64,000 bases of DNA from Thermoanaerobaculia bacterium (GTDB lineage: Bacteria > Acidobacteriota > Thermoanaerobaculia > Multivoradales > JAIOJS01): the NCBI GenBank assembly GCA_963846495.1, contig CAWJWP010000033.1, positions 87,252-151,251 on the forward strand, read 5' to 3'. The notes under the pieces were generated by a model, which was not told the origin of the DNA, did not search any database, and worked only from the letters and a program-made list of their open reading frames with translations. Shown one piece after another: positions 1 to 10,123 of this stretch (positions are counted from its first letter, which is position 1; every line of letters starts with the position of its first letter). A program made the translations under genes and the position numbers.

Positions 1-1
1 T

Positions 2-1117
2 CGCGGCGCGGTGCGCCTGCTCGCCCCGGTGCGATTTGCCGCGCCAAGCATGGTTGCCGGCATCGCCGTCGTCGAGCGCGCCCTCGGCGTGCCGCGGCGC
101 CGCGCCGGCGATTCGCTCGGCCAGGAGCACGCCGACGTCGCCGCCTCCTTACAGCAGATCTTCGAAGAGGAGGTCTTCAAGCAGGCGGCCTACGCGCGCT
201 CGCTCACCGGCGAGAAGGAGCTCCTGTTCACCGGTGGCTGCGCGCAGAACTGCGTTGCGGCCGGGAAGCTGCGGGCCGCCGGCCTCTACGACGAGGTCCA
301 CAACTCACCGGTCGCCGGCGACATGGGATCGGGACTGGGGGCGGCGCTGCTCCACCAACAGGCGGCCGGTCTGCTCGACGGCGTCAAGGTCGACCCCCGG
401 GGCTACTACCTGGGATCCGAGCCAGGGGAGCCGCCCGCCGCCGCTGCCGTCTTCGAGATGGCGGCGAACGGAGATCTGTTCGCCCACGTCGCGGCCGAGC
501 TCGCGGCGGGGAAGATCGTCGCCTGGTGCAGTGATCGCATGGAGCTCGGCGCGCGGGCGCTCGGCGCCCGCTCGATCCTCGCCGACGCCCGTCAGCCGAA
601 CATGCAGTCGCGCCTCAATCAGGCGGTGAAGTTCCGCGAGAGCTTCCGACCGTTCGCCCCCGTCGTCCTAGAGGAAAACGTCGGGGACTGGTTCGACACC
701 TCGCGGCCCAGCCGCTACATGCAGTTCGTCGCCAACCTGCGCGCCGATCGGCGCCATCCGGCCGCGGCGGAGAACGGCGGCATGCGCGAGCGCCTCGATG
801 CCGCGCGCAGCGAGATCGCGAGCGTCGTGCACGTCGACTACTCGGCCCGCCTGCAGACCGTGGAACGGCGCACCCACCCCGGGCTCCACTCCCTGCTCAC
901 CGCGTTCAACCAGCTAACCGGGGTGCCGATCCTCATCAACACCAGCTTCAACGTCGCCGGCCAACCGATCGTGCGCACCGCCGTCGAGGCGTGGGAGTGC
1001 TTCGTGCACACCGACATCGACCTGCTGGTCGTCGGTGAACGGATCTTCCGCAACCCGGGGCAGCTGACTCGCGACGATAAGATCGCATGGGCACACGGCT
1101 TTACCGCCTACTCCTAG
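2..1117 (+). CDS. Carbamoyltransferase (NodU/CmcH/TobZ family), C-terminal portion; the 5' end lies outside the window
   Basis: Frame is open from the window edge. Conserved carbamoyltransferase C-terminal motifs are present (KIVAWCSDRMELGARALGARSIL, FRPFAPVVLEE, LINTSFNVAGQPIV). Confidence 0.75.
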   Translation, partial: RGAVRLLAPVRFAAPSMVAGIAVVERALGVPRRRAGDSLGQEHADVAASLQQIFEEEVFKQAAYARSLTGEKELLFTGGCAQNCVAAGKLRAAGLYDEVHNSPVAGDMGSGLGAALLHQQAAGLLDGVKVDPRGYYLGSEPGEPPAAAAVFEMAANGDLFAHVAAELAAGKIVAWCSDRMELGARALGARSILADARQPNMQSRLNQAVKFRESFRPFAPVVLEENVGDWFDTSRPSRYMQFVANLRADRRHPAAAENGGMRERLDAARSEIASVVHVDYSARLQTVERRTHPGLHSLLTAFNQLTGVPILINTSFNVAGQPIVRTAVEAWECFVHTDIDLLVVGERIFRNPGQLTRDDKIAWAHGFTAYS

Positions 1118-1233
1118 GCCTCTACCGGCTGCTGGCGCCGCGCTCCGCGGCCGGCGGGTGGGCGCGCAGCCGACGGCGCAACGAGCTCGACACGCGCTGA
1201 GCGCGCGCGGCTGCCGAGCAGCGACGGCGGCAA

Positions 1234-1995
1234 CTAGCCGACGTGCATCGGGGAACCAGCGCTCACCGGCAGCTGTGCCCCGGTGACCGCATCGGCGAGC
1301 GGGCTGGCGAGAAAGACCACGGCACCGGCGACGTCAGCCGCGGTCGGCAGTCGGCCAAGGGCACTGCGGGGGCGATGGGCGTGCTCGAACTCGGTGGGAG
1401 CAGGACCGTCGCCAGTCCAAACCAGGCTCGGGCTCACCATGTTCACAGTGATGCCGTCGGCTCCTAGATCGCGCGCCAATCCGCGCGTCAACGCGAGCAT
1501 GGCACCCTTGGCAGCGATGTAGGGAGTGTGTCCATGGTTGAGCTCATACATCGAGGTGCTACCGAGGAGGACGATGCGCCCCCAGCGTGCCGCACGCATG
1601 GGCGCCAGCGCGGCCCGCGTGATCTCGACGGCGGGGCGTAGCATCTGGTCGACGTACCACTGGTAGGTGGCCCATGGCAGGTCGTCGATCGCGCCTCCTT
1701 TCCAGCCCGGCCAGGCGTTGTGCACGAGTACATTCACCGGCCCCAGGGTCTTGGCGGCGGCGGCAAGGGCCTTGGTCGCCCTTGCGATGTCCGTGACATC
1801 CGCCTCCGCCAACACCGCGGAGCCGCCACTGGCGCCGATCTCGGCAACCAGCGCCTCGGCGAGGGCGCGGCTGCGGCGATAGTTGACGGCCACCGCGGCG
1901 CCGTTGGCGGCAAGCCGCCGACAGATCGCGGCGCCGATTCCCCGCGTTCCTCCGGTGACGAAGGCGACACGACCGGCAAGCAGTCTGCTCTCCAT
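1234..1995 (-). CDS. SDR family NAD(P)-dependent oxidoreductase
   Basis: N-terminal Rossmann motif VAFVTGGTRGIGAAI. Short-chain dehydrogenase length (253 aa) with a YxxxK-type catalytic region. Confidence 0.8.
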   Translation of the reverse strand: MESRLLAGRVAFVTGGTRGIGAAICRRLAANGAAVAVNYRRSRALAEALVAEIGASGGSAVLAEADVTDIARATKALAAAAKTLGPVNVLVHNAWPGWKGGAIDDLPWATYQWYVDQMLRPAVEITRAALAPMRAARWGRIVLLGSTSMYELNHGHTPYIAAKGAMLALTRGLARDLGADGITVNMVSPSLVWTGDGPAPTEFEHAHRPRSALGRLPTAADVAGAVVFLASPLADAVTGAQLPVSAGSPMHVG

Positions 1996-2096
1996 GAGTT
2001 ACGTTCGATCCGTGGCGCCGTCAAGCGACCCGACCGCCTGGGATGCTACTCCAGCGCGAAGATCGCGGTCCGGCGCAGCGCGTCTTTCGCAGCCTG

Positions 2097-2972
2097 CTAG
2101 CCCCGGCGACTCGCCAGTCGAGCCAGCAAGCGTGCGGCGCGGCTGGTGGCCGGCCGCGAGTAGCGTACGCCCAGGGAGACGCGTACGAGGCCGGCATAGA
2201 GAGGGGTCCACTTGCCGTCGGCGCAGAAATGGACGATCCGGCGATCGCCTTTCCAGGGCGCCCGTTCAGGGTCGGCGTCGCGCGCCAGCAGCGTACCGGG
2301 ATCGATGTACAGACCGCCGGCGAGCTCAGGGAGGATGCACTGCACCAAGCCTGGCTGGACCGGCATGCTCAGGCCGTGGCGGTTGGCCACGCAGGCGGTC
2401 GCAACCTCGTCGCTCATGAAGCCATTGCCCACCAGTCGCTCGTAGAGCTCGGGTTGGCAAATCGCGAGATCGATCGCCTCGCGGAAGAATTCGCGACAAG
2501 CGGGCAGCTCGAAGTAGTAGTGGCCGCCACCGTCGGGGTCGAGCACGGTTTCGAGGTCGTACTCGGCGGCGACGGCGCCGGGGTCGACGTGGTTGAGGCC
2601 CGGGTGGGGACTGTCGCGGTGGAGGCGCGCCATGTTGAGCCCGAACGGGAGGCCGGCGAAGCTCCGCTCCACCCACTCCCGCAACGGGGCGACGACGACG
2701 GTGTCGTTGTCGAGAAACAAGCCGCGCGCGAACGGACTGTGCCAGCCGACGCCGATCAGCTTGTTGAAGGTCCGGTACCGTCCCTGGTAGGGATCGGCGC
2801 GCTGGCAGTCGACGACGACGTCGAACTCGGGCCCGGGAGCCTTCAACGGTACCCAGGCCAGCAAGCCGATGGGAGTACCGGGATCGCGACGCCGCAACGA
2901 GCGCGCGAGGAGACGCGCACGGAGGGCCGACTCCTCGTCGAAGGCGTCGGTGAGGAAACCGAAGCCGGTCAT
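2097..2972 (-). CDS. Hypothetical protein, possibly a nucleotide-sugar-dependent (GT-A-like) enzyme
   Basis: 291-aa ORF with balanced composition. Its start codon overlaps the stop of the upstream GT1 gene (ATGA-type coupling at 2969-2972). No firm family assignment. Confidence 0.4.
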   Translation of the reverse strand: MTGFGFLTDAFDEESALRARLLARSLRRRDPGTPIGLLAWVPLKAPGPEFDVVVDCQRADPYQGRYRTFNKLIGVGWHSPFARGLFLDNDTVVVAPLREWVERSFAGLPFGLNMARLHRDSPHPGLNHVDPGAVAAEYDLETVLDPDGGGHYYFELPACREFFREAIDLAICQPELYERLVGNGFMSDEVATACVANRHGLSMPVQPGLVQCILPELAGGLYIDPGTLLARDADPERAPWKGDRRIVHFCADGKWTPLYAGLVRVSLGVRYSRPATSRAARLLARLASRRG

Positions 2973-4324
2973 GGTGCGTTGGCCGCAGCGGCCGCCGGCG
3001 CAGCTACGTCCCCGCGCCGCCGGTCGAGTCGCGCCAGCCGCTCGAGGAACGTTGCCGGGTCACCGGCGGGCGATCGGGTATGCGGCCATTCGTCGCCTGG
3101 ATCGGCCGCTCGTGCGCGGCGCCCCAGAAGCTCGCGCGCGGAGTCGGCCAGGCGCGGCCCCAACCAGCGGTCGAGGCGGCCCGCGCGAGCGAGGGGTTCC
3201 GGCGCGACGCGAATGGGCCGCAAGGGGCGGGTCGCGATTTCCCGCAGCGCCCGATCCCATGCTGTGGCGGACTGGCGGCGGGAGTAACGCTCCCCCACCA
3301 TCCGCCGTCCGGCCATGGCAAGTCGCGTCCGCTCGACAGGGTCGCGTAGCGAGACGAGGGCAGCCGCTGCCTGGTCGAGCCCCCCGACCTCGAAGGTGCG
3401 ACAGTTCTCGCCGTCTCGGAGCGCGCCTTCGAGCCCGCTGCCGACATACCGCGAGCAGACCGCTGCCATGCCGCGCGCCATCGCCTGGAACAGCACCAGC
3501 GGGCCGTTCTCCCAGACCGAGGTGACGAGCAGGATGCGACCGGGACGCAGCTCCTCGCCGAGCAGCCTGGCCGGAGGGACGGCGCCGCGAAAGACGAAGC
3601 GGTCGCTGACCGCGCTCGACTCTACGGCTGCCTGCAACAGCCCCTCGTCCGGACCGTTGCCGATCACCTCGAGGCGGAAATCGGCCCCCAGCGCCGCCAG
3701 CCGTTCGGCGATGCCCGGAAGGTCCAAGAGGCGCTTTTGAGTCTGCTCGAGACGCGCGCAGAAAACGATGTCGAGCGTTCCGACGGCTCTCGCCGGGAGC
3801 GCTGTGATCGCAGCCGGCACCTCGATCCCGTACGGCGCATAGGCGACCCGCTCCCTGGGATAGCCCGCGAGCTCGACCGCAGCGACCTCGATCAAGCGGT
3901 TGGGCGCCACGAACCCGTCGATGACCTGCGCGTAGCGCGACAGGTCGCCGAGTATCCCCTCGTCGTTCGAGTGCGTGCACATCGCTATCCGCGGCGTCCA
4001 GGCCTGCCCGTATCGCCGCCGTTCCGCGAGCTCGTAGACGCCGACGATGTTCGCCACCAGCACGACGTCAGGGTGCAGCTTGGCGAGCGCCCGTTCGATC
4101 GCCTTCAGACCGCCCAGCCGCGTGCCGGTTCGGTTGTCGAGCAGCTCGACGCGATGCCAGGGGTAGTTCTGGAGGTAGGCCCGGGCGTCGTTGAACGGCC
4201 CATCCGGCAGGGCCAGCCAGCATTCCCAGCCCCTCTCCTCGAGGTCGGGCATCAAGGCCTCGAGCCACGCCTGCATGCCGCCGATGGAGTAGAGCCCGGG
4301 GTTTACGAACAGCACGCGCGGCAC
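2969..4324 (-). CDS. Glycosyltransferase family 4 (GT-B fold, 'glycos_transf_1')
   Basis: 451 aa. The C-terminal half has the typical GT1 signature (EGLLQAAVESS..., VTSVWENGPLVLFQAMARGMAAVCSRYVG). It is divergent from the membrane protein gene at 4369. Confidence 0.7.
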   Translation of the reverse strand: MPRVLFVNPGLYSIGGMQAWLEALMPDLEERGWECWLALPDGPFNDARAYLQNYPWHRVELLDNRTGTRLGGLKAIERALAKLHPDVVLVANIVGVYELAERRRYGQAWTPRIAMCTHSNDEGILGDLSRYAQVIDGFVAPNRLIEVAAVELAGYPRERVAYAPYGIEVPAAITALPARAVGTLDIVFCARLEQTQKRLLDLPGIAERLAALGADFRLEVIGNGPDEGLLQAAVESSAVSDRFVFRGAVPPARLLGEELRPGRILLVTSVWENGPLVLFQAMARGMAAVCSRYVGSGLEGALRDGENCRTFEVGGLDQAAAALVSLRDPVERTRLAMAGRRMVGERYSRRQSATAWDRALREIATRPLRPIRVAPEPLARAGRLDRWLGPRLADSARELLGRRARAADPGDEWPHTRSPAGDPATFLERLARLDRRRGDVAAPAAAAANAP

Positions 4325-4368
4325 GGATCGGCCTCGCTCGCGATGCTACCAGTGACCCCATCGAGCCG

Positions 4369-6318
4369 TTGACGCGAGCCATGTCCGCCCCCACTCGGGT
4401 CATCCGCGGAAGAGCATTCGTGGAGACAGCGCTCGTCTTCTCCGCCGCCTTGGTCATCGGCCTGCTGGCTCTGCGTCCGTTCTTCACCATGTTCGCGGAC
4501 CACTTGGTTCCGAACCTGTTCGACCCGCTGCTCTGCCTCTTTCTCATGGCCTGGGGAGGGCACCAGCTTCGTCTCGGCATGCCCGCCTTCTGGGATGCGC
4601 CGTTCTTCTATCCGACTCCACACGTCACGGCATTGTCGGACCATCTGCTGGGGCCCAGTCTGTTCGGCGTCGCCGCCAACGCCCTCGGGCTGTCGACGAC
4701 GGCGGCTTACAACCTCATCGTCCTCTTGTCCTTCCCGCTTGCCGCCGTCGGAGCGTACTGGCTCATCCGTCGCTGCGGCCTGCGTCCAGTTGCGGCCTTC
4801 CTCGGCGCCTTGGCCTTCGCCTTCGCACCGTTTCGCTGGATGCACCTGGAGCACATGCAGGTGCTGTGGATTCCCGCGCTGCCCTTCGTGCTGCTGCTGG
4901 GCTGGCGGTTTCTCGAAGCGCCGAGCTGGCGGCGGGGAATCGCCTTCTACCTCGTCTACGTCGTGCACCTGAGCGGCGGCACCTACTTCGCCTACATGAT
5001 TCACGTGCCGCTGCTGATGTTCGTCGTTCTCGAGCGCCAGCGCTTGATTCGCCACCTGACCGACCGCCGCACCCTGCTGCCGATGGCGGCGGTCGCCACG
5101 GCCTGTCTGGCCACCCTGCTGGCCCTCTTCCTCCCCTACCTCGGGCAATCGGCGAAGGGCTACCGCCGAGGCGGAGAAGTCATTCAGATGTGGGGCGCGA
5201 CGCTCGTCAGCTTCGTGACGCCGAGCCTATCGAATCGCTACTTCCCGGAAACCCTGCACGGCTGGTATCGCAACGAGAACGCTCTTTTCCCCGGGCTGCT
5301 CGCCGCCGGGGCTCTGGTCGCCCTTCTCGTCCACCACTACCGCCGAGCCGTTCCCCGGCCCTGGCCGCCGTGGCGACGAGCTCTCCTGGCCGTCGGCACG
5401 ATCGCAGTCGGCGCCGCTCTCTATCTCGGCGAGCTGGTGACCTGGCGCGACCGCGAGTCCATCATGGTCGGTTCGATCCCGGTACGAATTCGAGGCTACA
5501 CCCGACCGCTCCTGCTGCTCGCGGTCGGCGCCGCGTTGTGCGCGCTCGCCTGGCATCGGCAGCGCGGCGCGGTGCGACGTGAGAGCCCCAGGCGGCGCCT
5601 GCGACGGGCGGTGACGGCTCAGGCGATCGTCAGCGCCGTGCTCTGCCTGCCGATCGTGTTCAGCCAGGCCGCCCGCGTGGTACCAGGGATGAGCGGGCTC
5701 GGCGTTTCGAGCCGCTTCTTCATGTTCGCCCTGCTCGGGTCTTCGCTGTCGGTGGCCATCGCCGCCTCGCTGGCCGCGCGCAGGCTGCACCGGCGTTGGC
5801 GACATGCCGTCGTCCTCGCTTGCGGCATGGCATTGCTGGGCCCCGAGCTCGTCCCAGCTCGGTTCGGCTGGTCGCCCATCGACCAGCCGGAGAGCTTTCC
5901 CGCCGCATACCAGTACATGCAAGCCGCGCAACTTCATGGACCGGTAGTCGAGTTCCCGATTCCGCGCCCGGAGCGGGTCCGCGACGAGCTGCGCCGCGTC
6001 TGGCGCACGCAGCTGACCTGGAATCCCGTGGCGAACGGCTACAGCGGCTACTATCCCCGACCCTACGTGGCGCTTCGCAACGCCTACCTGGCAGGTGACC
6101 TCGCCGCGACCTCCACCCTCGCCAGGAGCTTCGGAATGCGCTTTGCGATCGTCCACCTCGACGAGATCCCTGACAACCGGCGGCTGACCGACGAGAGGTA
6201 CTGGCGCGAACGCATCGCGGCTCATGACGCCGAGCTCCGCTGGGAAGACCCGCAAACCTTGGTCATCGAGCTGACGGATCATTCGCTGCCTCGGCCCGCG
6301 CACGCTGCCTTCGAATGA
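4369..6318 (+). CDS. Polytopic integral membrane protein (GT-C/YfhO-like putative glycosyl- or polymer-modifying membrane enzyme)
   Basis: 649 aa with at least 12 predicted hydrophobic helices followed by a soluble C-terminal domain. Its stop overlaps the start of the next gene (ATGA at 6315-6318). Confidence 0.55.
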   Translation: MTRAMSAPTRVIRGRAFVETALVFSAALVIGLLALRPFFTMFADHLVPNLFDPLLCLFLMAWGGHQLRLGMPAFWDAPFFYPTPHVTALSDHLLGPSLFGVAANALGLSTTAAYNLIVLLSFPLAAVGAYWLIRRCGLRPVAAFLGALAFAFAPFRWMHLEHMQVLWIPALPFVLLLGWRFLEAPSWRRGIAFYLVYVVHLSGGTYFAYMIHVPLLMFVVLERQRLIRHLTDRRTLLPMAAVATACLATLLALFLPYLGQSAKGYRRGGEVIQMWGATLVSFVTPSLSNRYFPETLHGWYRNENALFPGLLAAGALVALLVHHYRRAVPRPWPPWRRALLAVGTIAVGAALYLGELVTWRDRESIMVGSIPVRIRGYTRPLLLLAVGAALCALAWHRQRGAVRRESPRRRLRRAVTAQAIVSAVLCLPIVFSQAARVVPGMSGLGVSSRFFMFALLGSSLSVAIAASLAARRLHRRWRHAVVLACGMALLGPELVPARFGWSPIDQPESFPAAYQYMQAAQLHGPVVEFPIPRPERVRDELRRVWRTQLTWNPVANGYSGYYPRPYVALRNAYLAGDLAATSTLARSFGMRFAIVHLDEIPDNRRLTDERYWRERIAAHDAELRWEDPQTLVIELTDHSLPRPAHAAFE

Positions 6319-7411
6319 ACGGCGAGGCAAAAGCCGTCGACAGCGACCCTGCGGCGCAGCGCCCGGCTCGCCGGTCGCGCCGATGGGGTCGGCTAGCCGT
6401 CTTCCTCTTCTGCGGGCTCGTCGCCGGCGAGCTCTTGTGCCGCCTATGGGATCACCTCGGAGGCGGGAGCGGCTCGCTCTACGACTACGTGGTGATCACC
6501 GGGAACCGCTTCAAGATGCGGCCGGACGCGGTGGTCACGTTGCCGAGCGCTATGGCACCGTGCGCTATCGCTTCAATGCCCAGGGTTATCGCGACCGCGA
6601 CCACGACCCGCACTCCAGCCGCCGGACCATCCTGCTGTTGGGGGATTCGGTGACCTTCGGCCTAGGCGTCGACCAGGCTTCGATCTACCCCGCGGTGCTG
6701 CAAGACGACCTCGACGCCAGGCTCGGGCCGCGCTATGACGTCGTCAATCTCGCGCTCTTCTCGTATGACAGCGGCCACGAGCTGGCGGCGTTCCGCGAAG
6801 ATGGCATCGGGATGCGGCCGGTACTCGTCGTCACCCAGTTCTACATGAACGACTTCGATCAGCTCGCCGTCGAGCGGCACACGTCGCCGCCGCCGCCGAC
6901 CTTCGGGCAGCGGCTGGTGGCGGCGAAGAACGTCTACCTCAACCGCTCGGCGCTGTACCGCCGCGCCCACCAGGGCCTGCTGCGTGCGGCCTATCTGCTC
7001 CTGCATGACGTCCGCCGGCGCCGGTTCCCCGCCACCCTCAACGACGCCGAGCCGCGAAGCAAGGTGGAGTACCTACGACAGCACCCCGACGACGCGACGA
7101 TCCCCGCCTTCGCGAGCCTGATCGCCATTCGCGACCAGGCGGCCGCCATCGGCGCCCGTTTCGTCCTGCTGACGACGCCCGACGAGACGGAGCTCTTCGC
7201 GCACCGTTTCGATGGCATCGAGGCCCGGCTGCGTCGCTTCTGCTCTCGCAACGGCATCCTCCTGGTCGAGGCGCTGCCCGTGTTCCGCCGGGATCCGCGC
7301 CGCGAATCCCTTTATCTCGATGGGCTCCACCTGAGTGCCAGAGGCCACCGAGTCGTGGGACAGCACCTGGGGGCTCGACTCGAGCCTCTCCTCGGCAGCT
7401 CCCGACCATGA
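6315..7411 (+). CDS. SGNH/GDSL hydrolase family protein; apparent -1 frameshift near 6535-6545
   Basis: The N-terminal part (frame 0, 6315 on) has a TM/signal helix (LAVFLFCGLVAGELLC) and YDYVVITGNRFKMRPDAVV. The body (frame 2) has RYRFNAQGYRD, the GDS block ILLLGDSVTFGLG, and the SGNH C-terminus. The start is coupled to the upstream stop. The frame break is either a sequencing indel or pseudogenisation. Confidence 0.55.
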
Positions 7412-8328
7412 CCACCACGGGGAGAAACCTGCGTCGCGTCGGCAAGCTGCTTCAGCCGTTGGCGATGCGCGCCAGGCAGCACCCTTTGCTGGGGCGCGTG
7501 CTGCTGAAGTGCGTGCCCGACTGGCCGTTCACCATCGAGCTCGCCGGCATCGGACGTCTGCGGATGCGGCCGCGGCGGCATCGCGCGCTCTGGCTGCGCG
7601 ACCCGTTGGTCACCGAGCGATTCCCTTTCCGGGCGCTCGACACCTTGACGACGCCGGGCTGCACCGTGTTCGACGTCGGCGCCAACATCGGTCTCTACAC
7701 CCGGTACCTGCACTCCCTACGTAAGCTGGAGCACGTCGTCGCTTTCGAGCCGTGGCCGGAGAACGTCGCGCTCTTACGAGAGAACCTCCGGCTGGGCGGG
7801 GTTGGCGAGCGCACCACGGTAGTGCCAGCCGCCGTCAGCGACGAGGACGGCACGGTGGCTTTCCAGGTGGATGACATGCAGTCGACTTCCGGCACGCTCG
7901 ACAAGGTCGCCGGCGGCGGGGCCGCCGAGGGGCGGCGGAACCTCCGCCTGCCTCCGGTCTCGCAGACGGTCCCTTGTCACCGCCTCGACACCCTCGTCGA
8001 AAGCGGCGCGTTGCCGTCGCCCGACCTGCTCAAGGTCGACGTCGAAGGTGCCGAGGCCCTGGTGCTGCAGGGGGCCGAGCTGCTGCTGCGCCGCAGGCGC
8101 CCGGCGTGGGTCATCGAGCTTCACGGCGCAGCCGTCGCCACACGGGTGCTCACCCTCCTCGCGGCGGCTGACTACACTTGCCTGGGGTGCGTCGACCACC
8201 ACCTTCATCCCTCGGGCGTCGGGCCGCTGGACCCCAGCTTCGCGCCGCGGATTCGCGGGCTCTACGATGTCCAGTACGTCGTCGCCGTGCCGCGAGAGAA
8301 CGGCGCCCGGCTCGAAGGCATCGCCTGA
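7408..8328 (+). CDS. FkbM family methyltransferase
   Basis: TVFDVGANIGLYTRYL...VAFEPWPENV...GTVAFQVDD pattern typical of FkbM-type SAM methyltransferases. The ATG overlaps the upstream stop (ATGA at 7408-7411). Confidence 0.75.
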   Translation: MTTTGRNLRRVGKLLQPLAMRARQHPLLGRVLLKCVPDWPFTIELAGIGRLRMRPRRHRALWLRDPLVTERFPFRALDTLTTPGCTVFDVGANIGLYTRYLHSLRKLEHVVAFEPWPENVALLRENLRLGGVGERTTVVPAAVSDEDGTVAFQVDDMQSTSGTLDKVAGGGAAEGRRNLRLPPVSQTVPCHRLDTLVESGALPSPDLLKVDVEGAEALVLQGAELLLRRRRPAWVIELHGAAVATRVLTLLAAADYTCLGCVDHHLHPSGVGPLDPSFAPRIRGLYDVQYVVAVPRENGARLEGIA

Positions 8329-8347
8329 ACGGCGCGCAAATCGAACC

Positions 8348-10123
8348 ATGTGTGGCATTGCCGGCTGGTCGCTGAAGCCAGGACGCTCCGCTGACCCGAG
8401 CTCGCTGACCGCGATGCGACGAGCGATCGCGCATCGCGGCCCTGACGACGAAGGCGAGAGCATCGACGTCGGGGCTGGAGTCGGGCTCGGGTTTCAGCGG
8501 CTCGCCATCCTCGACCTCACGCCCGCGAGCGGCCAGCCGATGGCCGATCCTGTCGCCGGCGTGAGCATGATCTTCAACGGCGAGCTCTACAACTTCGCGG
8601 CGCTCCGGCGCGAGCTCCAGGCAGAGGGGGTAACCTTCTCCACCCGCGGCGACGTCGAGGTGATGCTGCGCGCCTTCGTCGCCTGGCGGCAGGAGGCGTT
8701 CGCCCGCTACTGCGGCATGTTCGCGGTCGCCTTCCACGAGCGCGCCTCCAACACGGTGTGGCTGGCGCGCGATGCGCTGGGGATGAAGCCGCTCTACCTG
8801 GCACCGTTGCCCGGCGGCGCCGGTATCGCCTTCGCGTCGGAGGTGAAGGCGTTCCTGGCATTGCCGGGCTTCTCGGCGCGGCTGCGGCACGACGGCCTGC
8901 GCCAGTTCCTCGAGCTGGGCTTCGTCTTCGACGAGCACGACACCATCCTCGAGGGCGTCACCAAGCTCGCGCCCGGCGAGATCGTGGGCCTGCGCGAGGG
9001 CCGCGTCGTCGAGCGCCGCCGCCACTTCTCGCCGCCGCTGCCAGACCCGGCCGACCGGCGCGGCGAGACCGAACGCGCCGAGGAGCTCGCCGTCACGCTC
9101 GAGCAAGTGGTCGCCGAGCACCTGGTCGCCGACGTACCGGTGGGCGTGTTGCTCTCGGGCGGCGTCGACTCGAGCCTGGTGACGGCGCTGGCGGCGCGCC
9201 GCGGCGAGGTGACGACGGTGAGCATGGGCTTCGCCGAGTCGAGCCACGACGAGCGCCCATGGGCGGAGCGCGTGGCGCGCCATCTCGGCTCGCGACACCT
9301 CTCGGTCGCCATCCGCCCAGACGAGGTGGCAGCCGAGGTGACCTCGGCGGCGTGGGTGTTCGACGACCTGTTCGCCGACTGGGGCACGGTGACGACGCGC
9401 ATCCTCTACCGTCGCTGCCGCGAGCTCGGTCTCAAAGTGGCGCTGGTGGGCGAGGGCGCCGACGAGCTGTTCGCCGGCTATCCGATTTTCGAGGCGACTG
9501 CGGAGCCGGCGAGCGAATGGAGCTGGTTCCAGCTCTACCGCCGCTACGCGTCGCGCCGCTGGGGCACGCTCTACCCGCGCTTCCGCTCCGTGCTGCGCGA
9601 GATCGCCGCCGAGGTCGACGGCGACCTCTTCGAGACCGTGCGCCGCTTCGAGGCGACGCGCCAGCTGCCCAACAACTACGTGATGAAGGTCGACAAGGCG
9701 AGCATGTCGGTGTCGCTCGAGGCGCGCGCGCCCTACCTCGATCGCCGCATCGCCGAGATCGCCTTCCGCACGCCGCGCGAATGGCTGCTGCGAGACGGGC
9801 GCAACAAGCACCTACTGCGGTGCGTCGCCGAGCGCTCGGGCGCGCTGCCGGCCGACGTCGCGCAGCGTCCCAAGGTGGGCGGCTCGATCGCCGCGTCTTG
9901 GCTCGAGGAGGTGCCGCAGTTCCAGGCCTTTGCGCGCGAGACGGTGCTGGCGCGCGAGGGTTTCGCCGAGCGGCTGGGGTTGCGGCCAGCCATGGAGCGC
10001 TTCTTCGCCGGCCGCGGCGGCTATCCGTTCCCGCGGCAGCTGTCGATCCTCGGCCACCTCGGCTGGCGGCTGCTGCTTCTCGAGCTCTGGTCACGCCACT
10101 ACCTGCGCGCGAGGGCGGCGTGA
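8348..10123 (+). CDS. asnB: Asparagine synthetase (glutamine-hydrolysing) family amidotransferase (AsnB/WbpS-like)
   Basis: Starts MCGIAGW (Ntn glutaminase Cys2). FNGELYNF, SGGVDSS PP-loop and the C-terminal synthetase domain are present. It sits inside a glycan locus, so it is more likely a sugar-acid amidotransferase than housekeeping AsnB. Confidence 0.8.
   Translation: MCGIAGWSLKPGRSADPSSLTAMRRAIAHRGPDDEGESIDVGAGVGLGFQRLAILDLTPASGQPMADPVAGVSMIFNGELYNFAALRRELQAEGVTFSTRGDVEVMLRAFVAWRQEAFARYCGMFAVAFHERASNTVWLARDALGMKPLYLAPLPGGAGIAFASEVKAFLALPGFSARLRHDGLRQFLELGFVFDEHDTILEGVTKLAPGEIVGLREGRVVERRRHFSPPLPDPADRRGETERAEELAVTLEQVVAEHLVADVPVGVLLSGGVDSSLVTALAARRGEVTTVSMGFAESSHDERPWAERVARHLGSRHLSVAIRPDEVAAEVTSAAWVFDDLFADWGTVTTRILYRRCRELGLKVALVGEGADELFAGYPIFEATAEPASEWSWFQLYRRYASRRWGTLYPRFRSVLREIAAEVDGDLFETVRRFEATRQLPNNYVMKVDKASMSVSLEARAPYLDRRIAEIAFRTPREWLLRDGRNKHLLRCVAERSGALPADVAQRPKVGGSIAASWLEEVPQFQAFARETVLAREGFAERLGLRPAMERFFAGRGGYPFPRQLSILGHLGWRLLLLELWSRHYLRARAA

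Noticed and set aside
8150-9811. 553-aa ORF antisense to the asparagine-synthetase gene
   Set aside because: Arg/Ala/Pro-dominated composition typical of GC-rich antisense frames; the sense strand encodes an unmistakable AsnB-family protein.
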